Shown one piece after another: positions 26,942 to 32,000 of a DNA stretch of 32,000 bases (position 1 is its first letter; every line of letters begins with the position of its first letter). The DNA comes from Cupriavidus necator. GTDB taxonomy: Bacteria > Pseudomonadota > Gammaproteobacteria > Burkholderiales > Burkholderiaceae. The stretch lies in the NCBI RefSeq assembly GCF_016127575.1, contig NZ_CP066019.1:2130001-2162000 (forward strand). The letters run 5' to 3'. The translations under genes and the position numbers were made by a program. A model generated the notes under the pieces. The model was not told the DNA's origin, searched no databases, and was given only the letters and a program-made list of their open reading frames with translations.

Positions 26942-27868
26942 TCATGCGTTGGACGCGTGGGTATGGGTATCAGGGTCTGGCTGCGCGGAAGCAAAGCGGG
27001 CGGTCGCGCGCGCGCCGCCGGGTTGCCACAGCCGCGCCTGCAGGGTCTCGGCCAGTTCGCGGATGCGCGGGCCCAGGTTGCTTTCCAGGATCTCGGGCGA
27101 CAGCCGTGTCGCGGCCCCGCCGATATTCAACGCCAGCACCTCGCTGCTGCCCGCCAGGCGCAGCGGCGCGGCGGCGCCGCTGACGGTGCGGTCCCATTCG
27201 GCATGCGCCACGCAGAAGCCGCGCCGTGCGTAGTCGCGCAGCGCACGGTCGATGCCGGTGCGCACGGCGGGCCAGCGCGAGCCATAGTGGCGCGCCAGTT
27301 CGGCCAGCGCGGCCTCGCGGTGATCGGCATCGAGCCCCGCCAGCCAGGCGCGGCCGATCGCCGAGGTGGCCATCGGCAGGCGCGCGCCCGGCGCCAGCCG
27401 GATCACCAGCGCCCCGCGCGGCTGGCAGCTTTCCAGGTAGACCATGGCGTGCCGGTCCGGCATGGCCAGTGCCACCGTGCAATCGGAGGCAAACGCCAGC
27501 GACTGCATCAGCGGCTGCGCGATCTCGCGGATGCCGGCGCCGCCTACATAGCGGTGGCCCAGCACCATCGCGCCCTGCCCCAGCCGGTACTTCTCAGTGG
27601 CTTCGATGTAGGTGAGATAGCCGAGCGTGGCCAGCGTGTAGGTGAGCCGCGACACGGTCGGGCGCGGGATGCCGGTGCGCCGCGACAGCTCGGCGTTGCC
27701 CAGGTAATCGTCCTGCGGCCCGAAGGCGCGCAACAGCTCCATGCCGCGTGCCAGCGCGGTGACGAAGTTGCGGTCGTCGGCGCAGGCATGGCCCGCCTGC
27801 GCGTCGGCCGGCACCAGGACATGTGCGGCATCGGGCGGCGGGGTTGGAATGGTGGTGGTGCGTTTCAT
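26942..27868 (-). CDS. IclR-family transcriptional regulator
   Basis: ...ALARGMELLRAF...LGNAELSRRTGIPRPTVSRLTYTLATLGYL... HTH followed by an IclR effector domain. The ATG at 27868 is chosen; the track extension to 27976 looks non-coding. Confidence 0.85.
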   Translation of the reverse strand: MKRTTTIPTPPPDAAHVLVPADAQAGHACADDRNFVTALARGMELLRAFGPQDDYLGNAELSRRTGIPRPTVSRLTYTLATLGYLTYIEATEKYRLGQGAMVLGHRYVGGAGIREIAQPLMQSLAFASDCTVALAMPDRHAMVYLESCQPRGALVIRLAPGARLPMATSAIGRAWLAGLDADHREAALAELARHYGSRWPAVRTGIDRALRDYARRGFCVAHAEWDRTVSGAAAPLRLAGSSEVLALNIGGAATRLSPEILESNLGPRIRELAETLQARLWQPGGARATARFASAQPDPDTHTHASNA

Positions 27869-28010
27869 GGGCAGGCGGCCGGGAAGAGAACATTGATAGC
27901 AGCAACGGGGCTGCGCAGGGACCGCTATGTAGGGAAAGCATGTGCCATAGAAACGGCGTTGATGGATACGAATCAAAAAGTTAGTACGGCTTTTGCCGGA
28001 CGAAATTCTT

Positions 28011-28029
28011 GTAAATACAAACCATTCTC
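28011..28029. promoter_or_regulatory. Weak Fur-box-like sequence GTAAATACAAACCATTCTC upstream of the TonB-dependent receptor
   Basis: 12 of 19 matches to GATAATGATAATCATTATC by hand. Located in an AT-rich patch 43-61 nt before the ATG at 28072. Confidence 0.25.
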
Positions 28030-28071
28030 ATTTATGATGCGCCATTTTCGTCGTTTTCACCTTGCGCCCTC

Positions 28072-30171
28072 ATGCTTGTCCGCCGTCTTGCCATACCCGC
28101 CGCCGTCAGTTGCCTGTTCCTGCCTTCCGTTGTTTCCCACGCCGCCGAAGATCTCAGCACGCTGCCATCCGTGACGGTCAGCGCCGCCGCCGACGGGCAA
28201 ACTGACGTAGGCTTCAGCACGCGGCGGCCGGCCGGAGTGACCAAGTCGGATCAATCAGCGGCCGACGCCGCGCAGTCGATCACCGTCATTACGCGTGACC
28301 TGCTCGACAGCCAGCAGGCACAGAACCTCAGCGACGCGCTGCAGAACTCAGCCGGCGTGGTCACCAACGTCTATGGCAGGCGCGGCTGGGACGACTTCAT
28401 CATCCGCGGCCAGCGTGCATCGGAATCGATCTTTGCCGACGGATTGCTCGTCGACAGCAACAACCGCGTGGCGCAGGAGCTGTTCGGCGTGGAACGCGTG
28501 GAAGTGCTCAAGGGACCGGCCTCGATCCTGTTCGGCGCGGTGCAGCCGGGCGGCCTGGTCAACATGGTCAGCAAGCGCCCGCGTGCCGAACTGTTCGGTG
28601 AACTGGGCCTGACCGTCGGCAACTACGGCTTCCGGCAGACGACGGTCGACGTCGGCACGCCGCTGGCCAAGGACAGCAAGGCCGCGTTCCGCCTGAACGC
28701 GCTGATGATGAACAGCGACGATCCGACCGACTACGTCTGGTATCGCAACCGCTGGATCGCGCCATCGCTGACGCTCGACCTTGGCACGCGCACGGACTTC
28801 ACGATCCTGGCCAGCCACAGCCAACGCAACTACGTGCGCCAGCAGGGCCTGCCAGTGAATGGCACCCTGGTGCCGAACCGCAATGGCGTGGTGCCGAGCA
28901 ACCGCTTCATCGGCGAGCCGAATGCGCCGTCTTATGACGGCGAGCAGAACCGCATCGGCTACGCGCTGACGCACCGCTTCGACTCCGGCTGGACCTTGAA
29001 CCAGAACCTGCGCTACCAGACGTCGTCGCTGACCGGCACGCTGGTGTCGGCCGGCACCATGGCCGTCAACAGCCAGGCGATGAACCGCAGTGGCACGCAG
29101 CAGAGCTTCTCGGGGGACTCGTTCGGTGTTGACACTAACGTGCAGCGGACTTTCGCGTTCACGGGGCATGCCCACAGCGTGACCTTTGGCATCGACTACC
29201 GCCATACGAAGGAAGACCGCCTGCAGAAGACGTGCCGCGTGGCAGCGCTGAACGTCTACAACCCGGTCTATGGCGCCAGCATCAACTGCCCGTCCGCCTA
29301 TAGCCTGGACGCGACCGATACGCTAAACGCGGTTGGCCTCTACCTGCGCGACCAGATCCGTATCGCCGAGCGCTGGACCGTGACCGGCGGCGTGCGCTAC
29401 GAATCCGCGCAGACGAGCACGACGGACCGGCTGGCGCGGTCGCGTACCGGCAACGACGACAACGCCGTCACCGGCAGCGCGGGCGTGATGTACGACCTGA
29501 CGCACTGGGCACGTCCGTACCTGAGCTTCGCCACTTCGTTCCTGCCGAACGCCGGCACCGACGTCAACGGCGCCACGTTCAAGCCCGAGAAGGGCCGCCA
29601 GTACGAAGTGGGCATCAAGTTCGACATGCCGGACAAGACCGGCCTGCTGACCCTGGCCGCGTTCGACCTGACCCGCACCAATGTGCTCAGTACCGATCCG
29701 GTTAACACAGGCTTCAGCGTGGCCGTGGGCGAACAGCGTTCGCGCGGGCTGGAAATGGAGCTGACGCAGGATCTCGGCAATGGCCTCAGCGTTTCGGGCG
29801 CCTATGCCTATATCGCAAGCGAAGTCACCGAAGACACCACGGCTGCGAACGTCGGCAAGCCGCTCAACAGCGTGCCCCGGCACAGCTTCTCGGTGTGGAG
29901 CCAGTACCGCTTCCGCGGCGCGCTGGCTGGCTGGTACGTCGGTGCCGGCGTGCGCGGCGAGAGCGCCAAGCGCGGCTACAGCTTTAACTACACCGTGCCG
30001 GGCTACACGGTGGCCGATCTTGCCGTCGGCTACGTGGCATCGCACTGGCGCGCGGCGTTCAACGTCAAGAACGTGTTCGACAAGATGTACTACGCGGGCG
30101 GCCTGAACAACAACGTGCTACCAGTGGGCAATCCGCGGGTGGCCATGCTCAACGTGACGATGAACTATTGA
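28072..30171 (+). CDS. TonB-dependent outer-membrane siderophore receptor
   Basis: 699 aa. Signal peptide ...VVSHAAE, TonB-box-like LPSVTVSA, plug domain ...ITVITRDLLDSQQAQNLSDALQNSAGV...VEVLKGPASILFG..., beta-barrel repeats, aromatic C-terminus. Confidence 0.9.
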   Translation: MLVRRLAIPAAVSCLFLPSVVSHAAEDLSTLPSVTVSAAADGQTDVGFSTRRPAGVTKSDQSAADAAQSITVITRDLLDSQQAQNLSDALQNSAGVVTNVYGRRGWDDFIIRGQRASESIFADGLLVDSNNRVAQELFGVERVEVLKGPASILFGAVQPGGLVNMVSKRPRAELFGELGLTVGNYGFRQTTVDVGTPLAKDSKAAFRLNALMMNSDDPTDYVWYRNRWIAPSLTLDLGTRTDFTILASHSQRNYVRQQGLPVNGTLVPNRNGVVPSNRFIGEPNAPSYDGEQNRIGYALTHRFDSGWTLNQNLRYQTSSLTGTLVSAGTMAVNSQAMNRSGTQQSFSGDSFGVDTNVQRTFAFTGHAHSVTFGIDYRHTKEDRLQKTCRVAALNVYNPVYGASINCPSAYSLDATDTLNAVGLYLRDQIRIAERWTVTGGVRYESAQTSTTDRLARSRTGNDDNAVTGSAGVMYDLTHWARPYLSFATSFLPNAGTDVNGATFKPEKGRQYEVGIKFDMPDKTGLLTLAAFDLTRTNVLSTDPVNTGFSVAVGEQRSRGLEMELTQDLGNGLSVSGAYAYIASEVTEDTTAANVGKPLNSVPRHSFSVWSQYRFRGALAGWYVGAGVRGESAKRGYSFNYTVPGYTVADLAVGYVASHWRAAFNVKNVFDKMYYAGGLNNNVLPVGNPRVAMLNVTMNY

Positions 30172-31723
30172 TGCGGCCCCCGCCTGGAGCCTCCTGACCA
30201 GTAGTCAGGCGGCCATCAAGCTGATGTGGCTGGCCTTGCGCCCGCCCCATCGCCGCAATCACCGCCCCTAAAATCTGCATCCCCCGCTGAATCTGCTCCA
30301 CCGTCAAACTCGCATAACCGAGCACCAGCCCGGCCGCTCGACGCTGTCCGTGCGGCCGGACCCCTGCAAACAACGGTGATACCGGGTAGACCCCCACATC
30401 CTGGCTGCGCGCAGCGGCCACCAGCGCTGTCTCGTCGCGGGGCCGCAGCGACGGCAACCACAGCACCACATGCAGCCCCGCCGCCGTACCGCAGACTTCC
30501 GCGTCCGCTGGCAGGAAACGTGCGACGCCATCCAGCAAGGCCGCTCGCCGGCGCTCGTTTTCCCGGCGCATGCGCCGCACATGGCGTTCGTAGGCACCGC
30601 TTTCGATCAGCGCTGCCAGCACGCGCTGCTCCAGCACGGGCGCATGGCGGTCGGCCAGCCGCTTGGCCTGCCGGAACACCGGCACCAGCTCAGGCGGCAG
30701 CACCAGGTAGCCGAGCCGCAGTTGTGGCGACAGCGCCTTGGAGAAAGTGCCGACGTAGATCACGCGGCCGTCGGTGTCGATCGAGCGCAGCGTGTCGATC
30801 GGGCGCTGGCCGTAGCGGAACTCCCCGTCGTAGTCGTCCTCGATGATCCAGGCGTCGTGGCGCTGCGCCCATTGCAGCAGCTCCAGGCGCCGGCCGATCG
30901 GCAGCACGCCCCCTAGTGGGAACTGGTGCGACGGTGTCACGTACACCAGGCGCACACGATCGTCCTGGGGAAGGCTGGCGGTATCCAGGCCATTCCCGTC
31001 CACCGGCGTGGCCTGGCACCTGGCGCCGGTGGCTTCGAAGCAGCGCCTCGCCATCAGGTAGCCGGGATCTTCGAAGGCAAAGGCGTCGCCGGCATCCAGC
31101 AGCAGCCGCGCGCACAGGTCGATGGCCTGCTGCGAGCCATGCACCACCAGAACCTGCTCGGCCTCGCAGGCCAGTCCCCGGGCACGCCGCAAATAGCCCT
31201 GGAGGGCGCGTCGCAGCGACGCCTCACCTTCTGGCGGGGCGTAAGACAGGCTGTTTTGCTGGCGCAGCAGTTCGGCCTGGTAGGCACGCCGCCAGGCCAG
31301 GGTTGGGAAGTCCCGCGAAGCCACCGCCCCATACAGGAAGTCGAAACGAACCGGTTCAGCCTGCAGCAGTGCCGGCATGCCGAGTCCCGCCACGCGGCGC
31401 CCGAATTCGGACAGGGTTGGGGCGGTCCTGGCGCGCCGGCCTGCGCTGATCCCGGCTGGTGCCGGTGCCGCCAGGGGGCTGGCGATTCGGGCCACGCGCC
31501 CCACCGCAGTGACGAGGAAGCCCTCGGCAGCAAGTTGTTCGTAGGCGGCGGTGACAGTGGTACGCGACACCCCCAACTCGGACGCCAGCGCCCGTGTGGA
31601 CGGCGCCCGGGCGCCCGGCGGCAGGGTGCCGTCCGCGATCTGGGCACGCAGAAGATCGTAGATGCGGCGCCCCGCGCCCGTGGCTCCGGCACGGGTACCG
31701 GCTGGCTGGCGTGACTGGCCCAT
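30149..31723 (-). CDS. MocR/PdxR-type regulator (GntR HTH fused to an aminotransferase-like domain)
   Basis: 524 aa. ...LPPGARAPSTRALASELGVSRTTVTAAYEQLAAEGFLVT... HTH, a long linker, and an aminotransferase-like domain (...VIYVGTFSKALSPQLRLGY...). Its 3' end overlaps the receptor gene by 23 nt (convergent). Confidence 0.85.
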   Translation of the reverse strand: MGQSRQPAGTRAGATGAGRRIYDLLRAQIADGTLPPGARAPSTRALASELGVSRTTVTAAYEQLAAEGFLVTAVGRVARIASPLAAPAPAGISAGRRARTAPTLSEFGRRVAGLGMPALLQAEPVRFDFLYGAVASRDFPTLAWRRAYQAELLRQQNSLSYAPPEGEASLRRALQGYLRRARGLACEAEQVLVVHGSQQAIDLCARLLLDAGDAFAFEDPGYLMARRCFEATGARCQATPVDGNGLDTASLPQDDRVRLVYVTPSHQFPLGGVLPIGRRLELLQWAQRHDAWIIEDDYDGEFRYGQRPIDTLRSIDTDGRVIYVGTFSKALSPQLRLGYLVLPPELVPVFRQAKRLADRHAPVLEQRVLAALIESGAYERHVRRMRRENERRRAALLDGVARFLPADAEVCGTAAGLHVVLWLPSLRPRDETALVAAARSQDVGVYPVSPLFAGVRPHGQRRAAGLVLGYASLTVEQIQRGMQILGAVIAAMGRAQGQPHQLDGRLTTGQEAPGGGRINSSSSR

Positions 31724-31744
31724 AAAGAATCATGAAAACCGGAC

Positions 31745-31799
31745 CTTCCGATTGTGCCAGTTGTCGGCGACAGTATCGAGCATTCCATCGCTTCCGATT
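31745..31799. promoter_or_regulatory. Direct repeat CTTCCGATT (31745-31753 and 31791-31799) in the MocR/PaiB divergent promoter, with the palindrome TGTCGgCGACA (31762-31772) between the copies
   Basis: Exact 9-bp copies with starts 46 bp apart, read directly. Candidate MocR operator. Confidence 0.3.
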
Positions 31800-31806
31800 C
31801 CCCACC

Positions 31807-32000
31807 ATGTATATTCCTGCTCACTTTGCTGAAAACCGGCCAGAGGAACTGGGCCGCATCATCCGCGAGCACCCGCTGGGGATGCTGGTTACGCAAGGCA
31901 GCGCCGGACTGGATGCCGACCACATCCCGTTCGAGTTCGATCCCGGCGAGGGAACCCACGGCGTGCTCACAGCCCACGTGGCCCGCGCGAACCCGCTCTG
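31807..32000 (+). CDS. PaiB-family FMN-binding putative transcriptional regulator, N-terminal fragment (3' end outside window)
   Basis: Hand translation gives MYIPAHFAENRPEELGRIIREHPLGMLVTQGSAGLDADHIPFEFDPGEGTHGVLTAHVARANPL.... The MYIPxHF start and ...HxPF...L.GHxARAN... pattern are typical of PaiB-like proteins. It has no stop in the window, so it is absent from the track. Confidence 0.75.
   Translation, partial: MYIPAHFAENRPEELGRIIREHPLGMLVTQGSAGLDADHIPFEFDPGEGTHGVLTAHVARANPL

Noticed and set aside
30149-30171. The 23-nt convergent overlap of the TonB-dependent receptor and MocR genes as a deliberate antisense regulatory device.
   Set aside because: The MocR C-terminal approximately 30 aa look like a non-conserved run-on tail, so the overlap is most simply incidental.

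Overview
High-G+C (roughly two-thirds by eye, not computed) proteobacterial chromosomal segment. The Bug-family binding protein, the GC-rich REP hairpins and an aldehyde dehydrogenase I recognise from memory as the Cupriavidus necator (Alcaligenes eutrophus) AcoD type point to Cupriavidus/Ralstonia (Burkholderiales). This is a recall-based inference, not a search result. I call 28 protein-coding genes: two are truncated by the window edges, one 54-aa zinc-ribbon gene is absent from the ORF track, and one 63-aa call is weak. Left to right: phnW 3' end, DMT permease, DMGDH-like FAD/folate oxidoreductase with purU; MocR regulator divergent from a LysE exporter, plus an ABM protein; sigma-54-driven acoD with DUF779, convergent with an AcoR-family activator; an 80-aa orphan; alpha/beta hydrolase, class A PBP, ArsB/NhaD permease; folE with a stand-alone BLUF photoreceptor; two small minus-strand genes; LuxR-type response regulator with an 1131-aa hybrid kinase carrying HPt; DHA2 MFS transporter; IclR, SDR and Bug binding protein; TonB-dependent receptor; a second MocR regulator divergent from a PaiB-like gene. 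I saw no rRNA, tRNA, CRISPR array, transposase, integrase, phage gene or recognisable defence gene. Most long track ORFs overlapping these genes are high-GC shadow frames. The window therefore looks like ordinary metabolic and regulatory chromosome rather than an accessory island. The best candidates for undescribed biology are all hypotheses: the folE-BLUF operon with nearby small orphan genes and a phosphorelay; the phnW-linked folate-dependent amine oxidoreductase with PurU; and the DUF779 gene translationally coupled to acoD. Directly visible non-coding structure includes a three-copy REP hairpin family, a sigma-54 promoter with a 36-bp upstream palindrome, and direct repeats in both MocR divergent promoters.
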